Below are positions 47,230 through 58,670 of a stretch of DNA of 64,000 nt, piece after piece. The notes beneath the pieces were generated by a model, which saw only the letters and a program-made list of their open reading frames with translations, did no database searches and was not told where the DNA came from. The stretch comes from Paraspadella gotoi (Eukaryota > Animalia > Chaetognatha). The position numbers and the translations under genes are program-made. Every line of letters begins with the position of its first letter. Within the stretch, counting starts at the first letter, position 1. The stretch lies in contig CM119265.1 of NCBI GenBank assembly GCA_051294375.1, positions 25,218,139-25,282,138 on the forward strand. The letters run 5' to 3'.

Positions 47230-49862
47230 GGGTCACAAAAGTTCGCCAATTCGCCGGGAGACGTCGTCCGGTCATTCGTGGCACCAGTTTTTCCCACAAC
47301 TCGTACATGATCCTGCGCGAAGGTTAAAATGTTGTGATGGTAAGAAAATGGTACAACGAATATAAAATTATCCATTCATCAATAAATAAGCTATCTTGCC
47401 CCTGACTTAAACAGGGCTTGTGGTTTAAGGCCTCCATAATTCTTACAAGAATTCGTTTAGCTTTTTAAGTCATTTAGATTCACATGTAACATCTGACTTA
47501 ATTGATAAATTGATTTCATTTGATTCGGCCCCCGAAATAAAAACTGACTTTTTGTTTTTCGTGAGATGGCCGAAGATAGAGGTCTCTGCTTTGGGTCCCG
47601 TGAATCGGCCCATGACTTTTCCGGACGCGATTTCGTAGACAGAATTGAACCTTTGATAATTCGCTCCGGCCTTTCCGGCGAGGAGACCTGGTGAGGGACA
47701 GGGTAAGTGTGAGAGAAGGGTAAGGTTGAGTTGACGGAAGGTAGGATGGAGAAGGGAGGGAGAGAGGGGGAAAATGTTTAGAGAAGGAAGAAGAGGGGGG
47801 AAAAAAAGGGAAAAAAAAGGAGAAATAAGTATGGAAAGAATGAAAATAGTAAAAGAAAGAGAAATACAAGTGAAGAAAGATAAAGATGAAAAATGGAAGG
47901 TGGAATATATAGATGATAAGACTTCGGAGGAAAACGAACCGAGGAAATGAGGATAAGGTGACATTGTTAAAGGAACCTTCGTTCTCTCTTATTACAAATG
48001 GTATAAGAATAAAGAAGCGTCTCAACATCCGTACATTGCTACCAGAAGACGAGGGAAAAAAAAAACAAATAAATCTCTTAAGTAGAAAACACTGGGTCGT
48101 CAAAACATATGTAGTGGAAAGAGGGAGAAATGGAGAAGGAAGAAAGGAAAAGGCCAAGAGAAAAAGAAAATGGGGAAAAGAAAGATAAAAAAAGGGAAAA
48201 GAAAATACAGAAGAAAGTGTTTAAAGATTAAGTAAAAAGGCAAGAAGAAGAAAAGTACGCAGTATGAAATAGTAGGACATATATGAAAATTTTGGCCAAA
48301 AAATAAAACTATAAAATTTTTAAAAGGTGTGGGAGGAAAAATGAAATGGAACGAACGAAAATGCCAGAGAATAAAAATGAAAACGAATGAAAAGAAAAAG
48401 TCGGGCACAGAAAAGTATAGTCGAAAGATAGAAAGAAGACAGAAAAGAAACAGAACCGAGGACATTTTGTTATCGATGCGTCGGTGGCGAATTGCTCCTT
48501 AAAAAAATACTTGATTAGCAAAACTCCGTTGCCATCAGCTCCAGCAATTGATCCCAGCTCCATCAGCTCCAGCAATTGATCCCAAATCCATCTCACCCGT
48601 GATGTAGAAATCGTCGACCCAGAAAAACTTGGTCTCGAAGGAAACGTTGTACATTTTGGCGACAATGTCGGTCGACATGATGTAGGCTGATCCCGAACAG
48701 TAGGGTGGGTAAAAGTCTTCCGCAAATTCGGACTTTGAGATGAACCACTTTGATTTGGGTTCTCGAACCACCTAGTGATAGTCGGGGGGAGTAGGGGGTG
48801 GAAACAATTGAGTAAATTAAAGGAAAGATTAAAGATTAGGGGAATAAGAAAGAAACTAGGGAAAGGGAAGAGACGAAAACACTTGAAAAATAAAGGAAAG
48901 GGAAGAGGAAATATAATAAAAGACAAGGAAAAAAAGAAAAGTATATGGGAAAACAACAAAAGAAACAAAAGCGAGGAAAGTCGTGGAAAAAAGAGGAAGG
49001 GTGAGGAAAGGAAAGGTGAGGAAAGGAAAGGAAAGGCGAGGAAAGGAAAGGAAAGGAAAGGCTAGGAAAGGAAAGGCGAGGAAAAGAAAGGAAGGGCGAA
49101 GAAAGGCGAGGAAAGTAAAGTAAAGGACAAATAGGATAAGAAAAGCAAAGGAAGGGCGAGGAAAGGAAAAGAAGGGCGAGGAAAGGAAAGGTAAAAAAAA
49201 GTTCCCAAGAAAAAAAAGATAAATCGACAGATGCAATAAAAAACAGAAAATACGTAGAGTCTTGCAGTTGAAAAAAAAAATAGAGAGAAAAAATAATGAA
49301 AGGCGAAATGATATGAGTAAAAGGAGAGAAAATGATTAGTAAAGATGAAGACGATTAATGAGGTCCTTGAGGAAAACCGATTTTTTTTTCTTGGGAGACG
49401 CGAATTTTGAATTTTTGAGGAAACGATGAATCTTTTTCTTCGGATCTCGAGGTTTTTTTTTTTTTCTACGTCATCAATTCCAGATCTTTTTTCTCTATCA
49501 TTTCTCTTTCCTCAGTTTTCTTTTATTCTTTTCTCTATTCTCCCATTCCACCCTTTTTCTTTTCTCTTTTTTCTCTCTTTTACCTTCCTTTTTCTTGCCT
49601 TTTTTTCTCATTTTCATATCTTGTTCTTTTCTACTATTTTTCCCCTTTTTCTTTTCTATTTTCCCCTTTTTTCTCTTCTCTTTTTCCTCCATTTTTCTTT
49701 TCTCTTTTCCCCCTTTCCCTTCTCTTTTTCCTCCCTTGATTTTCTTTTCTTCCTCCCTTTATTTTCTTTGTTCGTTCTACCGGAAGTCTCTTCGTTCGCG
49801 TTTTCATTTCATCTTTCTTCTTCTCCGCTCAGAAGCTTTTTCCTTGATTTAAACACACACAC

Positions 49863-49900
<38 letters not shown>

Positions 49901-50251
49901 ATTCAATTCGATTCTCCCACTTCCTTTCCTCTCTCCCTCTCTAACCGGCACAAACTCAGACCGCTTCGACTATTTCTCTTTACTTGAAGATTTTCTTGAG
50001 CTCTTTTCACACTCGATGCTTCGGGAAATTCCTTCGCCTCACAAAACATGAGATTCTCTTCTTGCCAACTTGGTGTCTCTGTCTCTCACTGTCACTCTCT
50101 GCCATTCTAGATGTCTTGCATGTCTGTCCCTCTCTCTCTCTCTCTAGCACTCAAACTTGATGTCACGTCCTCGTATTCTGTGCTCTTTTTCTTGCTCGCG
50201 AGCTCAATCTATCGCTTACTCTTGCAGTCTCTCTGCCGACTATTTGCAATC

Positions 50252-50290
<39 letters not shown>

Positions 50291-53200
50291 ATTGCGTTTT
50301 CCTCGAATGATTTAATTCCTTTATCCAGGCCTGCGACGTTACGAATAATATTTTCCGTCATGTATTCTTTACGCTTTTTCTCTTTTTTTTTCATTTTTAT
50401 TTTCTATCTTCCTTTATTTTCTTTTTTCCTTTCTCCTTCCTTCCTTCCACCTCACCTTAATATCTCACGAGCGGCCTTCGCAGTCGGTTTCACGTGAATC
50501 GTGAACTTACTCTCACTTACTTTCTCCCCGACTGATTAGATTACCTCCGCCTTTTTTTTGGCGATCCCCCTTAATCCAACGCAGTAAACCGCCTTACTTA
50601 ATCCGCTTTCCTTCCACGCCAAAACTAACGTCGCCCCGGCTAATCCTATTTTAACCTAACCATAGCCGTTTCTAAAAATAACTCCTTGCAATGGCCGCTT
50701 TATAAATCCCTTCGTTCCATAAATTATTCCTTTTTCCTATTAAATATTACTTTCCTTCTTTCTACAACATCTTCTCCTCGGTGGCTGTGGTATTCCTCCC
50801 ACACGGGATTCCTCCCACACAGCGGGATCCTCCCCAATGGGATTTCCTCCCACAACGGGGATTTCCTCCAACACGGGATTCCTCCCGCGGGATTCCTCCC
50901 ACACGGACTTTCCTCCCCAAGGAATTCCTCCACACAGCGGGATTCTCCCCATGAATTCCTCCCCATAGAATTCCTCCCACACGGGGATTTCCTCCCACAC
51001 GGATTCCTCCCCAAAGAATCCTATCCCCAGCGGGAATTCCTACCCACGCGGGATTCCTCCACACGGGATTCCTCCCACGTGGGATTCATCCCACACGGGG
51101 ATCCTCCACACGGGATTCCTCCACAGCGGGATTCCTCCCACACGGGATTCCTCCCACACGGGATTCCTCCCACGCGGATTCCTCCCACACGGGATTCCTC
51201 CCACACGGATTACTCCACACGGGATCCTCCACGCGGGATTCCTCCTCCGGTCCACACCGGGATTACTCCCACACAGGATTCCTCCCACACGGGATTCCTC
51301 CCACACGGGATTCTCCACACGGGATTCCTCCACCAACAACGGGATTCCTCCCACACGGGGATTCCTCCCCACAGGATTCTCCACACGGGATTCCTCCCAC
51401 ACGCGATTCCCTCCCACATGGGATTCCTCCCCTTAAATTGTGATTAACTTTCTTGTTGCATGTTCTTGTTTTCAAGGAAAAAAATTGATTCATTAAAATA
51501 AAATTTTGTGTGTGGGTAGGAAAGTATGTGATAAAGCTGAATATAATTTTTTATGTAATCGTAGTTGTTAAGAGAGGTCCGATTGCGCATGCGTGAAATC
51601 TGCGTCGTAAACGTAACATGATCTTGCTTAGCGTTCGGTCAAGGATTTAAAAGGTTGCACTGATTTGAACGCGCCCAGGATTCAACGCCTGCGGACAAGA
51701 GATTAATAATTTTTCACAACTCCCCGGAGAATGCCTACTAAGTATTGTTATTGACAATGAACATGAGAAAAATGTTTTGTTATGTTTATTACTGTTACTG
51801 AAGGTTTTTAACTCTACACTACAGTCACCGTTATCCTCAAACATGGCGCGTTCTGGAGTCAGGGGAAATTCTAGTGCTGGGCTATGACAGTAACTAAATA
51901 TTAAAAACTTAATAATGTCATAATTACGGGGATTAACAATTAAACTAAACTATAATTCTAAATTCAACAATTAAAAACTCTAACTAAACACTAAATTAAC
52001 CGAGAGCCAGCAGCAGCAGAGCGGCAGATCATACCTTGAGNNNNNNNNNNNNNNNNNNNNNNNNNNNNNNNNNNNNNNNNNNNNNNNNNNNNNNNNNNNN
52101 NNNNNNNNNNNNNNNNNNNNNNNNNNNNNNNNNNNNNNNNNNNNNNNNNNNNNNNNNNNNNNNNNNNNNNNNNNNNNNNNNNNNNNNNNNNNNNNNNNNN
52201 NNNNNNNNNNNNNNNNNNNNNNNNNNNNNNNNNNNNNNNNNNNNNNNNNNNNNNNNNNNNNNNNNNNNNNNNNNNNNNNNNNNNNNNAATATTGAAAAAA
52301 GAATTATACTTTGTATAGAAAACTTTTTATAAACTATCTGAATCTGCTTATAAAAATACAAAATTTAAAAAAAAAAATTTTGACATTTCCTATCTATAAA
52401 TAAATATTAAAAAATTAATTACTAATGCTTCTAGCCATTTTAGAAAATTTTGATCCATTGAAAGTTTTCTCAGAAATGTATGAAGTTTCATTTGGAAAGG
52501 TTCCCAAATAAAACTTCTGACCCACCCCATTGACAAAGTTTGGCTCTACCTATAGGCACGACACCCTTCAGTCAGAACCCGTAGACTCATTGACTATCAG
52601 GTACCGGGATCGATCCCCAACGATACCTACCCTGCGGGAAGCATGAGGGGGCCTGGAAAACCCTCAAGTTTGCTTCTAAGCTCAGAACCCGTTCCATTGC
52701 TGCCGAGGAGGCACTGAAGATACCGATAAAAGTCTTATCGCATCCACACGCTCTCCCGTCACGCCAAACAACTCCCAACGTCTCTCCTTAGTCCTTACCC
52801 CACCTCACCTTTCCAACCCTCCCACCCACAGCCCTTCACCCATCTACGCATTCCTTCTCGCTTTCCGCTCATCGACCGACACTTTACTCTCCGCTTAACT
52901 TGTGTTTCTCTTTCTATTTGTTCTGTTGCGTCGGTTTCTCGATTCCGCTTTCTATCGGTTACGGCGCCCTCGCGCGTCTCTCTCTCTCTCTCTTTCTTTC
53001 TCTCTCTCACCTTCATTTTAATCCAGAGATTGCACAGCACGAGATTCGCTTGTCCAACACCGTATCGATCGATGTTACGCAAATGCTGTACATCAGGGGA
53101 AAGGGGAAATAAATTAAAATCGGGAGAATAAAAAATCGAGGGAATGAAGGCAAATTTCGAAACAATAAGAAAATGGGATCTATTTTTCCACAGCACCCCG

Positions 53201-56200
53201 TTTCAGATCTTTTATCCTAACATTTAACTTTAATATTTAATTTAAATATATATTTTTAACCTTTAACCCTTGTCCTTAACTTTAATCCCTAATATAATCC
53301 TTAACCATCAACCAAATTTTAAACTTAAACTTATTCTAATTTATAATTTAAGACGAAATGGGGTCTTCTGGGAAGATAAGACCGGGAGATGGACGAACTA
53401 AAAGAACAAAAGAGACCCAGCGTAAAATAGACTCGAAAAACTAAAAAAGCCAAAAAATCGGCGATGCTCATGGAGCAATGGCCTGATATGACACGTGGTA
53501 TATGAAACCGTATTTGTCACTTACAGTATAAGTTATACGTTAAATAACTGCCTTTCAATATCTTCTATTGACATTTTTATCACCTTATATCACGATTCAT
53601 TTGACATAACGGTTTTCCTCACGTTTTTTTGCAACGCATATAAAATTTTCCCAGCAGCACAAATTGCCAGAAATGCCAACGACTCACCCTGAGCAAAGAA
53701 AACGTGTTGACGAAAATATCGTCGTCGATTTTGAGTACGTAACGCGCACCGCGACAATAATTCGTTACCCATTTGAGCCCTGCGATCGCTTTCAGCGTCA
53801 AATTTCTGCGGGAGGAGAGGGGGGGGGGTAGAGAAAGTAATTTATTACTCGACGCTGAGAACGTTTAATTCGTTAGGTATGAAGTTTTTAATTAGCTTAA
53901 ACAATTTCATAAAATAAAATATAATTACACTGGTTTCGAGAAAAGAAGGAACACTAATTTTAATATATAAACAAACGTTAAAACATTCAGAATCAAATTT
54001 TCCGCTCGGATCGTCGTCTTTTTCGAATTCATTTTTTATCCAGGATTTCGTTGTCAAGGAAACCGAAGATTTGTTTTCATCAAGGTCGGAGAATTCCTCG
54101 TCTTCGTCGTCGACGTCATTTACGCAGTCGTCGTCGTTGTCATCGTCATCGCCGTCGTCTTCATCATCGTCTTGGTAATCGCGGAGCAACTCTATAAGAC
54201 ACTTTTCGGTCGGTCTGTCAGTCCGTTGGTATGTCTGTCCGTTGGTCATAGATACACAAACAAAGAAAGTTTTTTAATCATGTCATGTCATGTCATAGCA
54301 TAGCCTATGATCATAGAAAAAAATATACGTGAAAATAAATAACTTCGGCGCAACACATTGGAATTACCTTTCTCGTTTTCGGACGTTTTTATCTTTGTGT
54401 TTGTCATCGCGATCGTTAATATCATTATCATTTTCGTCATCGTCGTCCTTTTCTCAATTGCCGGCGTTTTTGTCATCGTCTCTGTCATCGTCAACCTCAT
54501 CCTCATTTTTCTCTAAAGCGCAAGAGGGCGTGGTCGTCAAAACAAAAACCTTTTTCTTCCTCGAAAAACAAATCGGAGGAAAATGAAAAGGTAAATCTCG
54601 CGCGGCCATTTTTTCTCCCGCAGCATCCCGAGTAACAGCGGCGGCCGTAACAGCAGCGGCAGGAGCAAAACGTTAACATTAGAGGAACCCAACGTTTGAT
54701 TCTATTTATGAGGCACAGGAATACTTAAATTTCGCCATCTTTTACAATTCACAGTCTTTAGTTGACTCTTTAATCTCACTTTCAGCTTAATATGTTCTTT
54801 CAAGTTCACATTTTTTTGTCAATAGACTTGCTTGCTACTGCTTTCGAATTTGTACCGAAATTGTTAAATACCAAGATTGCACATTTAGTTTGCAGCGAGG
54901 AGAAAGAGACGCTACTTTGGCATCGAGCGACGTCGCCCGTTTATCTTTTCTTACTCTATTTATATCAGGTCTCGCCCCCCGCTTATTTGTCATTGTAAGG
55001 AAACGAATCTGAAAGAAAGAAAAACGATTATTTCTCGTCGCAAAAGATACGAACAAGAAGAACATAGTTTCGTATCGTTTTGGTTTTATTAAAAAACATA
55101 CAAGAAAACAATTTACAATTAAATACTGGTAAAATATCTATGTTAAGACGTATGATATTTGATATAAGTTATCTAATATCTATATTTAATAAGTTTTTGT
55201 TAGAGTTTTCTTTCCGCCTTACATTTACAAGCGAAATGGCGTAATACGATTCCTTTTAATATTTCCTTTTTTATCAAAAACATTTTCTTTTCGATTAAAA
55301 TTCGTTTCCTCCTTACAAATAAAATATCGAATTCCCACAACCGAAAATAAGAAAAATTTAAAAAAAAGAGGGGGAAAAAAAATAAAAGAAAGGATTGTAA
55401 TTTCCGCTTAAGTTTTCCTCGTTGGTATAAAAAAAAACATAAGATGGGAGTAAAAGAGGGAAAATATTGAATATTCGCTCGAGATCTAATGGGATTTCTG
55501 TCAGAAAGAAAGGAGGTGGCGGAGAGAGGGGGAGGTAGAAGAGGGAAAAAATAGGGGGTAAAGGATTAAGGCGAGGAAAGTGGAGCCCATCGGGAAAAGA
55601 AAAGGAAGGGTACAAAAAGGTTTAAGAGGGGAGGGGGAAGAGGAAAAAGGAGAGGGGTACAAAAAGGTTTAAGAGGGGAAGGGAAGAGGAAAAGAAGAGG
55701 GGTACAAAAAGGTTTAAGAGGGGAAGGGAAGAGAAAAAGGAAGGGGTACAAAAAGGTTTAAGAGGGGAAGGGAAGAGGAAAAGGAGAGCGGTACAAAAAG
55801 GTTTAAGAGGGGAAGGGAAAGGAAAAGGAGAGGGGTACAAAAAGGTTTAAGAGGGGAAGGGAAGAGGAAAAGAAGAGGGGTACAAAAGGTTTAAGAGGGA
55901 AGGGAAGAGAAAAAGGAGAGGGGTACAAAAAAGGTTTATAGGAGGAGAAGAGATTGGTTTAGAGTCAAAGTTTAGGCTGGTCCAAGGAATGGCGGGAACA
56001 AAGCGAAAAAAATTGGGGGGGGGGTAAGAGTATGTGGATATATCACGTCAGGCTGACCAGGTGGATAAGGCGCTAAGTGGTTGAAGACTACTATCCGTAA
56101 CTTCTATGCCCTCCAGCAGCCATGGAACGGTCCTGGGCTGGAACCAGGATTGAGGGTTTTCCAGGCCCTCGAGAGGCGGTTTACGGCCGTCCTCACGCTT

Positions 56201-58081
56201 CCCCGAGGGTTGGTACCGAGTTGGGATTGACCCGATACCCAGTTGAGCTGATGGCTTTATCAATGAGCCACAGGGTCACGACCGAAGGTGTCATGCTTAT
56301 AGGCGGGTTGAACTTAGGCAATGCCCGACCACAAGTATAACTGTAGGGAGTAAATAGAGAAACTGGTGAGCAGAGGGCCAGATGGACGGAGAGAAGGTGT
56401 AGAAACTAGAAAGTATAAAATATAAGACAAAGGGTGACGAGAAAGGAGGCGAGAAAAATTGGGAGTAGAGAAGAGAAAATGGTTGGAAGGTGGAGGGGGC
56501 GAGGGGGCGAAAGGCGAGGGAGCGGGGGCGAGGGTGGGGGACAGCACTCGTAAATATGATAAAGAAAAACGAAAAGATCCGGAGATTGCGGTTGCATTAG
56601 CCATTAGTTTGAGTGGACCGGGGGCGAAGGGGGGGAAGGAGGAAGTAGGAGACCGAGAGACAGATAGAATTGAGAGGAAAGATAGAGATAGAGATAAACA
56701 AATATCGATTGTATATATTTTTAAACAATTTTACGAAAGGAAATCAAGATCGACGAATTACAAGTGTTTATGTCCAACATAAAATAAAGTTAAGTTATAG
56801 ATGAACATTGAAAGTTTATTTTATTTGAAGATTAACTCTTGAATTCGAAGTCCCAAGACTTAACAGGTGCCAAAAAAAAATGGTTTGAAGGAGCGCGTCT
56901 GACTCAGAGGCAGATGCAATCAAGTTCGATGCCTGCAACTGCAAACGTCGGCGTCATCGGTGCCACTTTCGGTCAAATTGAAGTGGACGCCGCAAGGAAT
57001 ACAAATTTCAGGCGGCGGGTGGTCGGTCTTTCGGTCGGCGTTAGTCTGACACTCGAAAAGATTTGGGTTTTCGTTGACCATTTGAAAATTCGTTTTATTA
57101 TAAAAAGACTGTACATACAACTTTATAAGGTTGACAGACGACAATTTTTTTTTCCGAGATCTAGATTAAATGTGAATGCTGCCAATTGTAACAAAGCAAA
57201 ATGAGGCGTCTTGCCAAACATTTTATCTTTTCTTCTTTTTCTTTGGTGTTATCTTACCACATCTCTTTTCCCACCTCTCTTTTTCCACCTCTCTTTTGTC
57301 CTCTTCTCCAAAGAAAAATCTCCCCAAAAATTCAATCGTAAAACGAAAAAAAAAAAAGAAAATAAAACCGAGAAAGTTTTTATGGAAGAAAAGCGACGAC
57401 GTCTGACGGTGACATCTGCAGCCGAAATTTATCGAGAAGTCTATCGAAACATCTGTGAAATCATCCGTGGAAACATCTAAGGCCGATTATGTCTCATCTT
57501 TTTTCCTATTTTGACAACGAAATCTTGGAGAGGAATTTCTCTCTAATCTTCTTTTAGTTCTAGATTTACTAGAGATAAAACATGAAGCCGACGTCTTTGC
57601 CTCATTTGCAATTACAATTATTACCAAATTAATATTTAATTATTAATTAACACAACCCAATTGAGAATACCAAAACCTGAAACCTTTAGAGTCCATATGC
57701 CCAAAGTTTTTCCTCAATGCCAAAAATTAAAAGAATACCCCCCCTCCGGCAAAATTCCCAAAATTGCTCCAAATTGCCCCAAATTCTCCTGAAACTTTTC
57801 TGCAAAATGTCCAGAATGCCCCAATTGTTCGCCAAAATATTTTGCAAAATTCTCCATATGCCACACATAGCGCCGTCTCCAATAGCCAATGACTTCGAAC
57901 GCCCCCACAACCACCGCCAACAACCTGTAAGAATCGTGAAATGTTTCCTGGACGATGTCTCCGAAACCGGCTCGATCTTCCTTCAGCCTCTTCTGGACGG
58001 CGACATCGGGGGTGGCGCCCATCATGAAGACGATCCTTGTGTCGCGGAAGATGGTGACGTTGCCCCACGTGTTGCGGATGG
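47033..58081 (-). CDS. B3GALT: Beta-1,3-galactosyltransferase-like (GT31, Galactosyl_T); 7 exons seen, 5' exons not located
   Basis: Minus-strand exons with consistent phases: 58081-57925, 53805-53688, 53085-53011, 48771-48597, 47687-47549, 47312-47237, 47161-47033. Motifs AIRNTWG, GDIVQETFHDSYRNLTLK, YVLKIDDDIFVN (DxD), REPKSKWFI, YPPYCSGSAYIMS, VDDFYITG. The end of the last exon is uncertain because its inverted copy differs by indels. Confidence 0.92.
50778..51432. repeat. Minisatellite, unit ~16-19 bp (cacacgggattcctcc)
   Basis: Dozens of degenerate copies; one inverted unit-like stretch at ~51508-51525. Confidence 0.9.
52552..52710 (-). mobile_element. Repeat family A, diverged copy
   Basis: cgatacctaccctgcgggaagcatgagggggcctggaaaaccctcaa matches the reverse complement of the family core. 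Confidence 0.6.
55596..55940. repeat. Minisatellite, ~44 bp unit (ggggtacaaaaaggtttaagaggggaagggaagaggaaaaggaga), ~8 copies
   Basis: Direct tandem repeats visible. Confidence 0.9.
56046..56338 (+). mobile_element. SINE-like interspersed repeat family A, longest copy
   Basis: Core ttacggccgtcctcacgcttccc...ggtacc...gatggcttta...gggtcacgac.gaaggtgtcatg...aggcggg.tgaac is shared with 8750-8917(+), 61765-62043(-) and 52552-52710(-). tRNA-like head gaccaggtggataaggcgct; B-box-like ggttcaattcc in the 8794 copy. Confidence 0.7.
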
Positions 58082-58212
58082 CTGGAGGGGTGGGGAGGGA
58101 TGGGGTTTAATAATTACCTCAATAAAATATTACTATCATATCTGTGAATGGTTAAATCATTTTCATTGAAGATAGATTTTCTATAAAGCTTTTTGAGTAA
58201 CTCGAGTGTAAC

Positions 58213-58670
58213 TCCTCTTTTCCACCTTCTTTCTTTTTCCATCACCCATCTTTTCCATTACCCCCTATTTTCCAACTCATTCTTTATCCACCACGCCCTC
58301 TTTTCCACCTCCCCTTTTTCCACAACCCCCACTTTTCAACAACCCCCTCTTTTCCATCATCTTTTCTTTTCCATCACCACTTTTTCCATCACCAATCTTT
58401 TCCATTACCCCCTATTTTCCACCACGCCCTCTTTCCACCTCCCCTTTTTCCAAAACCCCCATTTTTCCACAACTACCTCTTTTCCATCATCTTTTCTTTT
58501 CCATCACCACTTTTTCCATCACCCATCTTTTCCATTACCCCCTATTTTCAAACTCATTCTTTTTCCACCACACCCTATTTTCCACCACGCCCTCTTTTTC
58601 ATCATCTTTCTTTTCCATCACCACTTTTTCAATCACCCATCTTTTTTCACCACCCCTCTTTTCCATCACC
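58213..58670. repeat. Degenerate pyrimidine-rich minisatellite (ttttccatcacc)
   Basis: Recurring ttttccatcacc and ttttccattaccccctatttt units. Confidence 0.75.

Larger units (their letters stand above)
38774..48250. repeat. Large imperfect inverted repeat: arms ~38774-43416 and ~43835-48250, spacer ~420 bp
   Basis: Reverse-complement matches run along both arms, e.g. gggacgaatcttgatcgctccgcctcgatccgcctcgatccc (43341) against 43874-43914; 41071 against 46170; 40140-40260 against 46980-47130. Confidence 0.95.

Noticed and set aside
50686-51447. 253-aa repetitive ORF
   Set aside because: Minisatellite open in several frames on both strands; unit length is not a constant multiple of 3.
56160-56260. 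HDV-like ribozyme in family A (cgtcctcacg loop)
   Set aside because: No P3 closing pairs directly followed by the P1 3' strand and GG; the fold could not be built by hand.
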